Assembly (NCBI GenBank): GCA_038244815.1
Contig: JBBRTB010000005.1
Location: 92,936-156,935, forward strand
Origin: Thermoanaerobaculia bacterium
GTDB lineage: Bacteria; Acidobacteriota; Thermoanaerobaculia; Gp7-AA8
Direction: 5' to 3'
Length of the DNA stretch: 64,000 nt
Part shown: positions 30,495 through 41,291 of the stretch, one piece after another
How the letters are laid out: each line of letters starts with the position of its first letter
How positions within the stretch are numbered: position 1 is the first letter of the stretch
Translations under genes and position numbers: made by a program
Notes under the pieces: model-generated
The model's database searches: none
The model's input: the letters and a program-made list of their open reading frames with translations, nothing else
Told to the model about the DNA's origin: nothing

Positions 30495-31499
30495 ATGCCG
30501 ACCGATCCTCAGCCCGACGCCGTCGGCAGCTCCGGGACGGATCTCCCGTTCGTTCCGCTCTCCTGTCCCCTTCACACGATGCCCCTGACTGAGGTCGAGG
30601 GCGGTCTGCTCTGTCCCACAGGCGACAAGTATGCGGTGCGCGACGGAATCCCGCGCTTTGTGCCCGAGAACACGTACGCGGATGCGTTCGGCCTGCAATG
30701 GACGACTTATCGGACGACGCAGCTCGACTCGCACTCCGGAACAACGATTACCAGAGATCATCTGCGCCGCTGTCTGGGAGAAGAGACTTGGACGAGTCTG
30801 CCCGAAATTCAGGCCCTGGAGTGCGGGTGCGGAGCCGGACGTTTCACGGAAGTCCTGCTCGATCGCGGCGCACGCGTCACCTCGATCGATTTGAGCACGG
30901 CGGTCGACGCCAACGCGGTGAATTTTCCGGTGACGGAACAACATCGCATTGCCCAGGCGGACATTCTCGCGCTCCCATTTGCCCCCCGGCAGTTCGATCT
31001 CGTCATCTGCCTCGGTGTCATTCAGCACACGCCCGATCCCGAAGCCACGATCGCCAGTCTTGCGGAACATGTGAAGCCCGGAGGCTGGCTCGTGATCGAC
31101 CATTACACGTACAGCATCTCGTGGTGGACGAAGAGCGCTCCGCTGTTCAGGGCCGTTCTGCGCCGCTTGCCGGCACGGGCCGGTTTGCGGTGGACCGAAA
31201 AGCTCGTGAACAGCCTCCTGCCGTTGCACAAGGCTGTGCGAGGGTTTTTTCCGGCGCACATCGTCGTCAGCCGGGTGTCGCCGGTGCTTTGCTATTACCG
31301 CGCGCATCCCGAGCTCGGTGACGAGCTGCAGCGGGAGTGGGCCATGCTCGACACGCACGATTCTCTGACCGACTGGTACCGGCATCTCCGGAGCCGCAAG
31401 GCCATCCGGCGGGCTCTGCGCGCGGCGGGACTGTCGTCGATCTGGTGTGAAAAGGGAGGCAACGGCATAGAGGCCCGCGCGATGCGGCCCCTGGCCTGA
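30495..31499 (+). CDS. class I SAM-dependent methyltransferase with N-terminal Trm112-like zinc-ribbon
   Basis: CPLHTMPL...LLCPTGDKYAVRDGIPRF (Trm112-like CxxC...CP), then methyltransferase motif I (LECGCGAGRFT). The ATG at 30495 is 14 nt after the asnB-1 stop. Confidence 0.7.
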   Translation: MPTDPQPDAVGSSGTDLPFVPLSCPLHTMPLTEVEGGLLCPTGDKYAVRDGIPRFVPENTYADAFGLQWTTYRTTQLDSHSGTTITRDHLRRCLGEETWTSLPEIQALECGCGAGRFTEVLLDRGARVTSIDLSTAVDANAVNFPVTEQHRIAQADILALPFAPRQFDLVICLGVIQHTPDPEATIASLAEHVKPGGWLVIDHYTYSISWWTKSAPLFRAVLRRLPARAGLRWTEKLVNSLLPLHKAVRGFFPAHIVVSRVSPVLCYYRAHPELGDELQREWAMLDTHDSLTDWYRHLRSRKAIRRALRAAGLSSIWCEKGGNGIEARAMRPLA

Positions 31500-31506
31500 T
31501 GAACCG

Positions 31507-33351
31507 ATGTGTGGCATCGGCGGAATTGCGTACAAGAGTGAGCGGGACGACGGCGCCCTGGACGCCGTGCGCTCGATGATCGCCGCGGAACGCCATCGAG
31601 GCCCGGACGGGGAGGGCTTCTACGAGTCGGCGGGAGTGGCGTTCGGTCATTGCCGGCTGGCCATCATCGACCTGCATGAGACCGGCGACCAGCCGATGGC
31701 GGATGCCAGCGGCCGGTTCTCAATCATCCTCAATGGTGAGATCTACAACTACATCGAGCTCCGTTCGACCCTTGCAGCGCTGGGTCACACCTTCCGTGGT
31801 CACTCCGATACCGAAGTGCTCGTGACGGCGTACGCGGAGTGGGGCGAGGCCTGCCTGAGCCGCCTGCGCGGGATGTTTGCCTTCGCGATCTGGGATACCG
31901 CCGAACGTGTCCTCTTTGCCGCGCGCGATCGGCTGGGCATCAAGCCCTTTCACTACTGCCTCGATGAAGGACGGTTCTACTTCGCGTCGGAGATCAAGGC
32001 GCTCCTTCCGTGGGTTCCGGCGCGGCGAGCGAGAGCCGGCCTGGCCACTGCCTTCCTGGCCTGGAATCTCCTCGAGCATGAGCCGGCGAACACGATGATC
32101 GAGTCGATCCAGCGTCTGCCGGCCGGACATTCCCTGACATGGAGCGGCGACCGCGGCCTGGCCATCCGCCGGTACTGGGATCTTTCCGTCTCGAACGAGC
32201 TTGCTGCCGGCGGCAACCGCGGCGCATACGCCGAGCGGTTCCGCGCCGAGTTCTTCGAATCGATCTCCATGCATCTGCGGTCGGATGTTCCGGTAGGCAC
32301 CTGCCTCAGCGGAGGACTCGATTCGTCCTCCATCGTCTGTGCCGTCGATGCCCGGCTTCGCGCGGATGCCGGCCAGAACACCGCACGGCAACACACGTTC
32401 AGCGCGACGTTCCCGGGCAAGAGCATCGATGAACGGCGATACATCGACGAGGTGACGCGGGTGGCCCGCTGCGAGCCGCACTTCGTCACGCCCAGCGGCG
32501 AGCGTTTGCGCGAGGAGATCGATCGCTGGCTCTGGCATCAGGAGGAGCCGGTTGGCGGCACGAGCACGTACGCACAGTTCTGTGTGGCACGTCTGTCGAG
32601 GGAAAACGGTGTCAAGGTTCTGCTCGACGGGCAGGGTGCGGACGAGCAGCTCGGCGGGTATCGAAAATTCATCCTGGTCTATCTGCGGCAGTTGATGGCC
32701 GAGGGCCACGTGTTTCAGGCGGCCAGGGAGGCGTTCGCGTTCTTCGGGAATCTCGATGTACTGCGAACGACGCGCGTCGTCGACGGTTTGCGCTACCTCG
32801 GAAGAGCGAGCGCTCCGGTGCGGCTTCTCTGGCCATCCGCAAGTCCGTCCATGCCGGAATCGATGGGCATTTCTCATCACATGGGAGACAGGATCAAGGC
32901 GGACCTCACGCACTTCAGTTTGCCGGTCCTTCTTCGTTACGAGGACCGCAACACCATGGCATTCGGCATCGAGTCGCGCGTCCCGTTCGTCGACCACGTG
33001 CTCGTGGAATGGCTGGCGTCGTTGCCGGTGGAGATGCGGCTCTTCCATGGATGGACGAAGGCCGTTCTGCGAGAAGGGCTGGAGGAATTGCTGCCGGAGG
33101 CGATTCGTACGCGAAAGACCAAGCTTGGATTCTCGACACCTGAATCCGATTGGCTCCGTGGACCGCTGGCAGAGTGGGTCGAAGACACGCTGGCCAGTCC
33201 ACACCACCTGCTGGATGTCGTGGAGCGAAGCGGCATCGAGGAGATTCTGCGGCGGTTCAGAGCCGGCGACGGTTCGGCCGCGCTCGAGAACATGGTCTCC
33301 AGGCTCGCCATCTATGAGACATGGGCGCGCCTCTTTCTTCAGGAACGGTGA
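31507..33351 (+). CDS. asparagine-synthetase-family glutamine amidotransferase, paralog 2
   Basis: MCGIGGIAY Cys2 nucleophile. LSGGLDSSSIV motif. Confidence 0.85.
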   Translation: MCGIGGIAYKSERDDGALDAVRSMIAAERHRGPDGEGFYESAGVAFGHCRLAIIDLHETGDQPMADASGRFSIILNGEIYNYIELRSTLAALGHTFRGHSDTEVLVTAYAEWGEACLSRLRGMFAFAIWDTAERVLFAARDRLGIKPFHYCLDEGRFYFASEIKALLPWVPARRARAGLATAFLAWNLLEHEPANTMIESIQRLPAGHSLTWSGDRGLAIRRYWDLSVSNELAAGGNRGAYAERFRAEFFESISMHLRSDVPVGTCLSGGLDSSSIVCAVDARLRADAGQNTARQHTFSATFPGKSIDERRYIDEVTRVARCEPHFVTPSGERLREEIDRWLWHQEEPVGGTSTYAQFCVARLSRENGVKVLLDGQGADEQLGGYRKFILVYLRQLMAEGHVFQAAREAFAFFGNLDVLRTTRVVDGLRYLGRASAPVRLLWPSASPSMPESMGISHHMGDRIKADLTHFSLPVLLRYEDRNTMAFGIESRVPFVDHVLVEWLASLPVEMRLFHGWTKAVLREGLEELLPEAIRTRKTKLGFSTPESDWLRGPLAEWVEDTLASPHHLLDVVERSGIEEILRRFRAGDGSAALENMVSRLAIYETWARLFLQER

Positions 33352-34370
33352 TGGCCCGGGACAATCCACTGAAGATTCTGTTCGTGGGAAACTACGGTTC
33401 GGCGAAGGCTCGAGGCGATTGTGCGGGCATTTTCGTGGATCGTCAGGTGCAGTCGCTGCGGGACATGGGCGTGATCGTCGAGATTTTTGACATCGGAGAA
33501 GGCCATTCCTTCGTGAAGCTCCTGCGCAGCTGGCGCCTCCTGCGGCGGGAGATTCGCACAGTCAGGCCCGATCTCATCCACGCTCAATACGGCACCGTCG
33601 TCGGCCTCACCTCGGTGCTTTCGTTTCATCCCGCAATCATCACGTTCAGCGGCAGCGACCTTCTTCCCGGCGCCTCGATCTCCCGGCTGCGCACGTACGC
33701 CGGGATCCTCATGTCCAATGTGGCCTCCCTCTTTGCGCGGCGGGTCATCTGCGTCAGCGAACAACTGAGGCGCGCGTTGTGGTGGCGCAGGGACGGAACG
33801 GTTGTCATCCCACGCGGAGTGGACCTCGACCTCTTCTCTCCCGGTCCTCGGGACGAGTCCCGCCGGAAACTTGGATGGGACTCGCGTTCGATCATTGCCC
33901 TGATCGACGGTGGCCGCGACTGGAAGAACAAGGGTCTCGATGTCGCGGAAGCGGCGGTGGGCATTGCACGCCAGTCGGTGCCGCTGCTCGAATTGAAAGT
34001 GATCAGGGCCGTTCCTCCTGACGAGATGCCTGTCTGGTACCGGGCAGCCGATCTGCTGATTTGTGCGAGCCGACAGGAAGGCTCGCCGAACGTCGTCAAG
34101 GAGGCGCTGGCCTGCAATCTTCCGATCATCGGCGTCGACGTCGGTGACGTCCGCGAACGGCTCGCCGGCGTTGAGCCCTCGCAGGTCGTCGAGCGGGACC
34201 CGGCCGCAATCGCCGGCGGGATCATCAGTGTGATCGCGAGCGGCGGCCGGAGCGACGGACGACAGCATGTGGCGTCACTGTCGATGGACCAGGTAGCGCG
34301 ACGGATCCTCGACGTGTACGCGACGGCACTTTCCCCGGATGAGCTTGTGGCGATGAAGAAAAGCGCATGA
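33351..34370 (+). CDS. glycosyltransferase family 4
   Basis: QEGSPNVVKEALACNLPIIGVDVGDV GT4 C-terminal signature. Start overlaps the asnB-2 stop (TGATG). Confidence 0.75.
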   Translation: MARDNPLKILFVGNYGSAKARGDCAGIFVDRQVQSLRDMGVIVEIFDIGEGHSFVKLLRSWRLLRREIRTVRPDLIHAQYGTVVGLTSVLSFHPAIITFSGSDLLPGASISRLRTYAGILMSNVASLFARRVICVSEQLRRALWWRRDGTVVIPRGVDLDLFSPGPRDESRRKLGWDSRSIIALIDGGRDWKNKGLDVAEAAVGIARQSVPLLELKVIRAVPPDEMPVWYRAADLLICASRQEGSPNVVKEALACNLPIIGVDVGDVRERLAGVEPSQVVERDPAAIAGGIISVIASGGRSDGRQHVASLSMDQVARRILDVYATALSPDELVAMKKSA

Positions 34371-35008
34371 TCCTTATCGAGGAGATTGACGAGCCCACGG
34401 TGGCGGCGGTCGTGGACGTGCACATGGAAGCATTCCGCGGATACATGAATGCGTCGATCGGCCGCGAATACGTCCGCCGGTTCCTGCTCTGGTTCGCGCG
34501 CGGCCCGGGCACGATCGCAATCGCCGCTGCCGATGGCGGCCGTGTCGCCGGCTACACCGTGGGCGCTCCCGTCGGTTACGATCGAGAGATGAACCGCGAC
34601 CTGTTCTGGACCGTCATGCGTGCTATCGCCGTTCATCCCGGGTTGCTGTTTCAGAAGCGATTCCTGGCGCGCCTGACCCAGCGCGCCCGGCGGCTCTTCG
34701 GGCGTTCTCGCGGCGAGACGGAAGCACCGCCGCTGCCGGAGCCGGTCATGTCTCTGGTCGGAATCGGGGTGTCGGAGGCTGCAAGAGGAAGGGGCGTCGG
34801 CAGGACGCTGCTGCGCGAGTTCGAGAGCCGCTCCCGGGCGGCACGAATGAAGTCGATGCGCCTTTCCGTGTACGCGGACAACTCTGCGGCGTGCGCGCTT
34901 TACGAACGGGCCGGCTGGACCCTGTTCGCACCGGCTCCCGGATCCCGAGCCGTCTATTACTACCGGATTCTCGAGCCAGAGAACGGGGCTCTGCAAAGCT
35001 CACCGTGA
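34367..35008 (+). CDS. GNAT-family N-acetyltransferase
   Basis: Acetyl-CoA-binding motif A (VGIGVSEAARGRGVGRTLL). Start overlaps the GT4 stop (ATGA). Confidence 0.7.
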   Translation: MILIEEIDEPTVAAVVDVHMEAFRGYMNASIGREYVRRFLLWFARGPGTIAIAAADGGRVAGYTVGAPVGYDREMNRDLFWTVMRAIAVHPGLLFQKRFLARLTQRARRLFGRSRGETEAPPLPEPVMSLVGIGVSEAARGRGVGRTLLREFESRSRAARMKSMRLSVYADNSAACALYERAGWTLFAPAPGSRAVYYYRILEPENGALQSSP

Positions 35009-38000
35009 GAACGTTGTTCCTGCTTCCGGTCGTCGCTCTTTGCGCGCTGGCATTGTCCGGCGGCACGTACTCCGTCGGGCCGGCGGCATCGCCGCTTCCA
35101 GGGACCGGCTTTCGCGGTGACGCCGGATTCGAGGTTGCCGACTGGAGCGGCGACGGGAAACCGGATCTCTTCGTCTATGACACGGGATCGGACGGCGGCG
35201 GCTCGGTCTACCTGAACCTGGGCACGCTCAGCCATCCGCGATTCGGCCACGACAACCTTCTGCCGTTCAACAGCACAGAGACGACTCCGCAGACGATGCA
35301 GCACATCTCCGCCCGCGCCTACTGCGATCTGAATCACGACGGACTCACCGACGTCATCTTCTTCGACGGTCAGCTTCGCTATTGTCCGAATCTCGGAACG
35401 AAATCGAACCCATACTGGTGGTCGCTGTGGCCGCGGCCGCCTGGCTATTTCCCCGGGACTGCCGGGATGATTCGTGACAACACGCGTTATTCGACGGGGC
35501 CCGAGAGCATCTACTGGAACAAGGGCATCTTCGCGCGGCAGGTTCTGACATTGACCGTAGCCGATTGGGACGGCGACGGACTGGAGGACCTGCTCATCTG
35601 CCGCACCCATGGCGAAGCGCCGGGCGTGGTGTCCCTCGGCGAACACGAGGAGTGGACGAACTGGGGCCGGATCGCCACCGGCGTCCCGGCGAATCTGAGC
35701 GGCTCCGATCGGGACACGGCCGGTGCGCTGAAAGAGGCGCCGGAGCGCGGTCTCTGGTTCTACAAGAACATCGGGACGCCCGATCGGCCGATGTTCGACA
35801 AAGGTCTGGAGATCGTCACGCCGGATGGGCGGCCGATTGCCGCACCGAATCCGGTCGTGACGGACGTCGACGGAGACGGCGTGGCTGACGTCGTGAGTAC
35901 CGAGACGGAATACACCTCGAATGCGTTCCGCGTCGATTGGCCGGCGGGGCAGCAGGTGGTCTGGTTCCGGCGCTCCTCGTCTGCCGATCCCGCGCATCTG
36001 GAGCTTGCGCGACCGCTGAGCGAGGCGTCGGGCCTGCCCATCAAGTCGGGCACGCTGGCTCGTTTTGCCGATCTGCGCGGTCAGGGCGTTCTCGACCTTC
36101 TGGTCTCCGAGCCCGGTTATCCCGGCACGATCCGCTGGTACCGCAATGCCGCCGGGTCACCGCGCGAGAAACTGGAGCTGGAGGCACCGGTCATTCTGGC
36201 GGGGAGCGACTTCGGGCGCTTCGAGTTCATGGATCAGCCCCTCATCGTCGACTGGTTCGGACCAGGCTCGCGCGATCTTCTGATTCATGGAGTGGCCGAC
36301 GCCCATTGCAAGTGGGGACTTCGCCGCACCGCCCTCTACAAGAGTGTCGCGGATCGCGGCGAGATTCGTTACCAGTTCGCCGGTCTGTTGAACTTCAGCG
36401 GAGATCCGGCCATGGTGCCGCTGTCCGCTGAAGAAAGGCCGTACGACGTATATGGCAGCGCCATCAGCTTCGCAAGAGACTCCCGAGGCAAACGGCATCT
36501 GATGATGAGCGTCGCCGGGAATCTGTTCTATTTCTCCGATCTTGCGCCGGACGGACTGACATTTCGCAGGATGCAGCGCGTTTCACTCGGCGCCGTGAAC
36601 AACCGGCAACGAGGCTGGCAGGAAGTCGGCCTGACCGCGGCAGCAGGTGAGGTGAAATTCATCCGCATCAGCAATGATATCCGCGGCCGGGCGCATCTGA
36701 GCGACGGCATGCTGGACATCCTTCGGTTCGAAGCGATCGCGGACGGCAAGAATGTGGCAACCGTCGCCAACGGTGTGCAGGCGGAACGATTCGATCTCCA
36801 TGACGGGAAGACGCATGGGCTCGATCGCGCCATGAATCTGTTCACCGCCGGCAATGCCAATACCGACTCCTCGTTCAACGCCACATCGTTCGGTAAGAAC
36901 GACGAGCTCCTGGTCACGCTGGGTCAGCCTTCGAAGCTGGAGCGGATACGATTTCTCCTTTCGGATCGCGATGCGGGCTGGTACTCCAGACTCGTTCCAT
37001 TCTCGTGGCAGGGCAGAATCTATCGAGCCGGCTACGAGCAGGGAGAGGTCTGGTACCAGTACAAGGTCGAGGTCTCCGCCGATGGCTCGAACTGGACCAC
37101 TGTCTCGGACAGGCTGAAGACCGAGATGCTTTACAGTCATCCTGTTCTCATCGACCGCGATGGCGACGGGAGACTGGACATGCTTCTGTACTTTACGTCG
37201 GCAGACGCGATCTATCCATCCACGAAGACGCTTCGTTTCTACCGGAACCTCGGCACCGATGAGAATCCACGCTACGCGGCCCCGATTGACGCCACGGACG
37301 AATACGGAAAGGTACTGGAGTTCCCCGCGAACTGGGCCCGCTACTTCAGCCCCCAGTGCGGTATTGCCGTGGCTCACCTCGATGGAAGCGGGGCAGCCGA
37401 CATCATTCTGGAGGGGGGAGATGACGGACAGCTTCTTCGCTTCCGCGATGTCTCGTCCCATCCGAAAGCGATGCTTACGCTGGCGAGTGAAGGTTCGATC
37501 ATGATGGGACAGAAAGCCTTCGAAACGCACGCCGGTTACTGGTACTTCGACGTGGCCGACGCGGACGGAGACGGCACGCCCGATCTGATCGAAAGCAACA
37601 ACGCCCGCCCGATGTTCTACAAGGGCGCGCGGGCGGGAGCAGTGATGACACGGGAGGTCTCGAACGCATCCGGTCTGCCCGATGGAATCATTCTCCGCAA
37701 TGGATCTTCGATCCCTGGCGGGCCGGTCTATGCGGGGAACGAGGCGGTCTCGATCGACGCCCGGAAGCTGATCGCGGCAACCAACTCTGAGCCCGAGGAG
37801 CTGGAGTTTCGGGGCCAACAGGGCGGCCGCGAGAATCAGAAAATGATTCTGTTGCGATTCAACGATCTCCCGGATGGTCCGGTCGACAAGGCCGTTCTGG
37901 AACTGTCAACGGATGCGGAACTGCAGGCGGACCCGTGGATCCGCGTACCGGGCGCCTCAAGCCCCGTATCCTGCAACGCAATCGGTAATGCCTGGGACCC

Positions 38001-38319
38001 GTTGTCCTGCACGTATCGCAACGCCGCTGAGCGGCGGCCCTGGCCCGCGAACCTTCTCGACAAGGGTGGCACGTTTCAGTCGTTCGTCGAGCCTGTTGTC
38101 GATCAGCGGCACGTGCAGAGACTGCGATGGGACGTCACGCAGGCGGTACGCGCGGCTCACGATCAGGGACGAAATCAGGTCGACCTGCTCATTCGCGTTG
38201 ACGGGACAGGTCCTGACGTTGCTGGCCGGGGACTTCGCGTTTGCGGTCCGGGATGGCCGGTCATCGACCAGCGTCCGAAGTTAATCCTCACCACAACGGC
38301 GGCGCCTGCCACGCGCTGA
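35005..38319 (+). CDS. large secreted FG-GAP/VCBS-repeat beta-propeller protein (about 1104 aa) with discoidin-like and carbohydrate-binding-like C-terminal domains
   Basis: GTG at 35005 overlapping the GNAT stop. Signal-like VRTLFLLPVVALCALALS. At least six FG-GAP/VCBS calcium-binding loops (DWSGDGKPD, DLNHDGLTD, DWDGDGLED, DVDGDGVAD, DRDGDGRLD, DADGDGTPD). C-terminal LLRFNDLPDGPVDKAVLELSTDA, like carbohydrate-binding modules of the DNRLRE/CBM96 type. Confidence 0.7.
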   Translation: MRTLFLLPVVALCALALSGGTYSVGPAASPLPGTGFRGDAGFEVADWSGDGKPDLFVYDTGSDGGGSVYLNLGTLSHPRFGHDNLLPFNSTETTPQTMQHISARAYCDLNHDGLTDVIFFDGQLRYCPNLGTKSNPYWWSLWPRPPGYFPGTAGMIRDNTRYSTGPESIYWNKGIFARQVLTLTVADWDGDGLEDLLICRTHGEAPGVVSLGEHEEWTNWGRIATGVPANLSGSDRDTAGALKEAPERGLWFYKNIGTPDRPMFDKGLEIVTPDGRPIAAPNPVVTDVDGDGVADVVSTETEYTSNAFRVDWPAGQQVVWFRRSSSADPAHLELARPLSEASGLPIKSGTLARFADLRGQGVLDLLVSEPGYPGTIRWYRNAAGSPREKLELEAPVILAGSDFGRFEFMDQPLIVDWFGPGSRDLLIHGVADAHCKWGLRRTALYKSVADRGEIRYQFAGLLNFSGDPAMVPLSAEERPYDVYGSAISFARDSRGKRHLMMSVAGNLFYFSDLAPDGLTFRRMQRVSLGAVNNRQRGWQEVGLTAAAGEVKFIRISNDIRGRAHLSDGMLDILRFEAIADGKNVATVANGVQAERFDLHDGKTHGLDRAMNLFTAGNANTDSSFNATSFGKNDELLVTLGQPSKLERIRFLLSDRDAGWYSRLVPFSWQGRIYRAGYEQGEVWYQYKVEVSADGSNWTTVSDRLKTEMLYSHPVLIDRDGDGRLDMLLYFTSADAIYPSTKTLRFYRNLGTDENPRYAAPIDATDEYGKVLEFPANWARYFSPQCGIAVAHLDGSGAADIILEGGDDGQLLRFRDVSSHPKAMLTLASEGSIMMGQKAFETHAGYWYFDVADADGDGTPDLIESNNARPMFYKGARAGAVMTREVSNASGLPDGIILRNGSSIPGGPVYAGNEAVSIDARKLIAATNSEPEELEFRGQQGGRENQKMILLRFNDLPDGPVDKAVLELSTDAELQADPWIRVPGASSPVSCNAIGNAWDPLSCTYRNAAERRPWPANLLDKGGTFQSFVEPVVDQRHVQRLRWDVTQAVRAAHDQGRNQVDLLIRVDGTGPDVAGRGLRVCGPGWPVIDQRPKLILTTTAAPATR

Positions 38320-38329
38320 ACTGCGCGGC

Positions 38330-39553
38330 ATGAAGATCACCATTCTCACGCAGTACTACCCGCCCGAAACGGGCGCCCCGCAGAACCGGTTGTCCGATCT
38401 GGCCCGGCGGATGAGCGAGGCGGGACACGAGGTCACGGTGCTGACGGGGAAACCGAACTACCCGACCGGACAGATCCGGCCCGAATATCGGGGCGGTCTC
38501 TGGAAGCGGCGTCTCGAGAGCGGTGTGCGGGTGATCCATTGCTGGCTCTTCGCTTCGCGCAGCAAGCGCACCGTGGCGCGCCTGGCGAATTACTTCTCGT
38601 TCGTCCTGTCATCGGCGGCCATCGGCACCTTCCTTCTTCATCGTTCCGATTACCTGCTGGTCGAGTCGCCACCGCTGTTCCTCGGTCTCACGGCCTGGTA
38701 CCTGTCGCGATTGACGCGGGCCGCGATGATTTTCAACGTGTCCGATCTGTATCCGCAGACTGCCATCGAGCTGGGATATCTCCGCCCCGGCCTGGCGGCG
38801 CGCCTGATGTTCGCGCTCGAGCGATGGTGCTATCGATCGAGCGCGCTGGTAACGGGACAGACCCGTGGAATCATCGACGACATCAACCGCCGGTACCCGT
38901 CGCAGCGTCTGTTTCTGCTCACCAACGGCGTGGACGTCTCGGACTTCAAGTCATTCGATGCCGCCGGAAGAGCGCCCGGGCGGATGTTTGTCGTCGGCTA
39001 CGCTGGCGTTCTCGGTCACGCTCAGGGATTATCATCGGTGCTCGACGCGGCGCGCATTCTGCAATCGGCCGGCGTTCCCGTCCGGCTGGAGTTCTTCGGC
39101 GACGGTCCACTGAGGGAAGAGCTGGAGCAGAAGACCCGGGCACTGGGACTGACCAACGCGGACTTTTTTGGCCACCGCTCCCGAACGGAGATCGTCGAAC
39201 GGATGAAGTCGTGGGATGGGGCTATCGTGCCGCTTGTGAACTCACCGGTGATGGCCGGAGCGCTGCCGTCGAAGATGTTCGAGGTCATGGCTGCGGGATT
39301 GCCGATCGTGCTTGCAGCACCGCGGGGAGAGGCCTCGGCGCTCGTCGAATCGGCGCAAGCGGGCATCTGGGTGGAAGCCGGGGAGGCCCCGTCCATTGCC
39401 GAAGCGATGCGAGCACTGTGCATGGATCGCCATGCCGCCAGCGCGATGGGCGGGCGAGGCCGCCAATTCGTTCTGGAGCATTTCGATCGATCCACGATCG
39501 CAAAGAACTTCATGTCCGCTCTTGAAGGATTGGGGACCCCGTGCGCGTCATGA
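38330..39553 (+). CDS. glycosyltransferase family 4 (WcaI-like)
   Basis: MKITILTQYYPPETGAPQNRLSDLARRMSEAGHEVTVLT and the C-terminal GT4 region. Confidence 0.8.
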   Translation: MKITILTQYYPPETGAPQNRLSDLARRMSEAGHEVTVLTGKPNYPTGQIRPEYRGGLWKRRLESGVRVIHCWLFASRSKRTVARLANYFSFVLSSAAIGTFLLHRSDYLLVESPPLFLGLTAWYLSRLTRAAMIFNVSDLYPQTAIELGYLRPGLAARLMFALERWCYRSSALVTGQTRGIIDDINRRYPSQRLFLLTNGVDVSDFKSFDAAGRAPGRMFVVGYAGVLGHAQGLSSVLDAARILQSAGVPVRLEFFGDGPLREELEQKTRALGLTNADFFGHRSRTEIVERMKSWDGAIVPLVNSPVMAGALPSKMFEVMAAGLPIVLAAPRGEASALVESAQAGIWVEAGEAPSIAEAMRALCMDRHAASAMGGRGRQFVLEHFDRSTIAKNFMSALEGLGTPCAS

Positions 39554-40635
39554 GCATCGTGGGCGCTCGCCCGCAATTCATCAAGGCAGCCATGGTCTCT
39601 GCCGCCCTGGCCGGCCGGGAGATCGGCGAAGTGATGGTTCACACCGGCCAGCACTATGACTACGGGATGTCGAAGTTGTTCTTCGAGCAGCTGGAGCTTG
39701 CCGAGCCCCGTTACAACCTGGAGATCGGATCGAGCTCGCATGGTGCGCAGACGGGCAGGATTCTCGAGCAGGTGGAGCGGGTGATGATGAGCGAGGAGCC
39801 CGACATGGTCATCGTCTATGGCGATACCAACTCCACCCTCGGTGGGGCGCTGGCCGCGGCCAAGCTTCACATCCCGGTCGCTCACGTCGAAGCGGGACTG
39901 CGATCGTTCAACCGGCGCATGCCCGAAGAGATCAATCGCCTCGTTACCGACCACGTTTCGGAACTCCTGTTCGCGCCGACCGGGTCTGCGGTGATGAATC
40001 TGAGGAGCGAAGGGATCGCGGAGTCGAAGATCATCGTAACCGGCGACGTGATGCTGGACGCGGTCAGAAGATTCGAGCCGCTCTTTCTACGCGAGCGCGG
40101 CCGTTTGTTTCAGATGCTCGATCTCACCGAGCGGTGTTATTTCGTGGCCACCATCCATCGAGCCGAGAACACCGACGACCCGTTGCGCCTGCGGGCCATC
40201 GTCGATGCGCTCGATGAGATCGCCATGAAGATCGCGCCGGTGGTCTGGGCTGTCCATCCACGAACTCGAAAGCGGTTGGAGGAGATGAGTCTCGATGGGA
40301 CGGGCGCCGTCCGCATGATCGATCCCGTCGGGTATCTGGAGATGCAGACGCTGCTGACGGGTGCCCGCGCCGTCCTGACGGACTCCGGAGGCGTGCAGAA
40401 GGAAGCGGCATTCCACGGCGTGCCGACGATCACGTTGAGAGAGGAGACGGAATGGCCGGAAACGATCACAGCCGGATGTAACGTTCTGACCGGCGCGGAT
40501 CGCGAGAAGATTGTGCTCGCCGCGGCGGACGCCTCGGGGCGCCTCACGCCGCCTGCCGGATTCGGCGGAGGGAACGCGTCGGGCATGATTGCGGATGCCA
40601 TCACGGCGTGGAAGTGCGGAGAGGAACCAGGATGA
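39550..40635 (+). CDS. wecB: UDP-N-acetylglucosamine 2-epimerase (non-hydrolysing; WecB/WbpI-like)
   Basis: [14 protein letters not shown]...VHTGQHYD...[12 protein letters not shown] signature. The ATG at 39550 overlaps the GT4 stop; a GTG at 39541 is an alternative start. Confidence 0.85.
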   Translation: MSIVGARPQFIKAAMVSAALAGREIGEVMVHTGQHYDYGMSKLFFEQLELAEPRYNLEIGSSSHGAQTGRILEQVERVMMSEEPDMVIVYGDTNSTLGGALAAAKLHIPVAHVEAGLRSFNRRMPEEINRLVTDHVSELLFAPTGSAVMNLRSEGIAESKIIVTGDVMLDAVRRFEPLFLRERGRLFQMLDLTERCYFVATIHRAENTDDPLRLRAIVDALDEIAMKIAPVVWAVHPRTRKRLEEMSLDGTGAVRMIDPVGYLEMQTLLTGARAVLTDSGGVQKEAAFHGVPTITLREETEWPETITAGCNVLTGADREKIVLAAADASGRLTPPAGFGGGNASGMIADAITAWKCGEEPG

Positions 40636-41291
40636 GAAATTACTTCGTCCACGAGTCATCGTTTGTCGATGAGCCATGTGAAATCGGTGAGGAGACGAAG
40701 ATCTGGCACTTCTGCCACGTATCCAGAGGGGCTAAGATCGGCCGCCGCTGTATCTTCGGGCAAAACTGTTTTGTCGCCAGCGACGTCGAGATCGGATCGA
40801 ACGTCAAGGTGCAGAACAACGTGGCCATCTATACGGGAACGTTCATCGAGGATGACGTGTTCCTTGGACCTTCGTGCGTGCTGACCAATGTGACGAATCC
40901 CCGCTCCCAGGTGAACCGCCATGCCCTGTATGAGAATACCCGGGTGCGGCGCGGAGCCACGATCGGTGCCAATGCCACGATCGTCTGCGGCATCACGATT
41001 GGCCGCTACGCGTTCATCGCTGCCGGTTCGGTCGTGACGAAGGATGTTCCCGATTACGCACTGGTCTTTGGCGTCCCGGGAAAGCACGGCGGCTGGATGA
41101 GCCGTCACGGTCACCGGCTGTCATTCGATGGTGAAGGGATGGCAGATTGTCCGGAGAGTGGATTTCGGTACCGGCAAACGGGTCAGGTCGTCCGATGTCT
41201 TGATCTCGACGAAGATTCGCCGTTGCCTTCGGAGCTGAGCATCGGCAGAGGAACTTATGATCAATTCAAGAGCGACGAACATGGCCGTTGA
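40632..41291 (+). CDS. left-handed beta-helix (hexapeptide-repeat) N-acetyltransferase, WbpD/WlbB-like
   Basis: Hexapeptide repeats ([32 protein letters not shown]...). Start overlaps the wecB stop (ATGA). Confidence 0.8.
   Translation: MRNYFVHESSFVDEPCEIGEETKIWHFCHVSRGAKIGRRCIFGQNCFVASDVEIGSNVKVQNNVAIYTGTFIEDDVFLGPSCVLTNVTNPRSQVNRHALYENTRVRRGATIGANATIVCGITIGRYAFIAAGSVVTKDVPDYALVFGVPGKHGGWMSRHGHRLSFDGEGMADCPESGFRYRQTGQVVRCLDLDEDSPLPSELSIGRGTYDQFKSDEHGR

Noticed and set aside
31720-33369. 549-aa ORF antisense to asnB paralog 2; similar long antisense ORFs at 3731..4900, 33626..34996, 36583..37818, 39022..39954, 45833..47116 (+), 47716..49011 (+), 53717..54631 and 56949..58229
   Set aside because: All lie opposite genes with strong family signatures and show the R/G/A/P-rich bias of non-coding frames in high-GC DNA.
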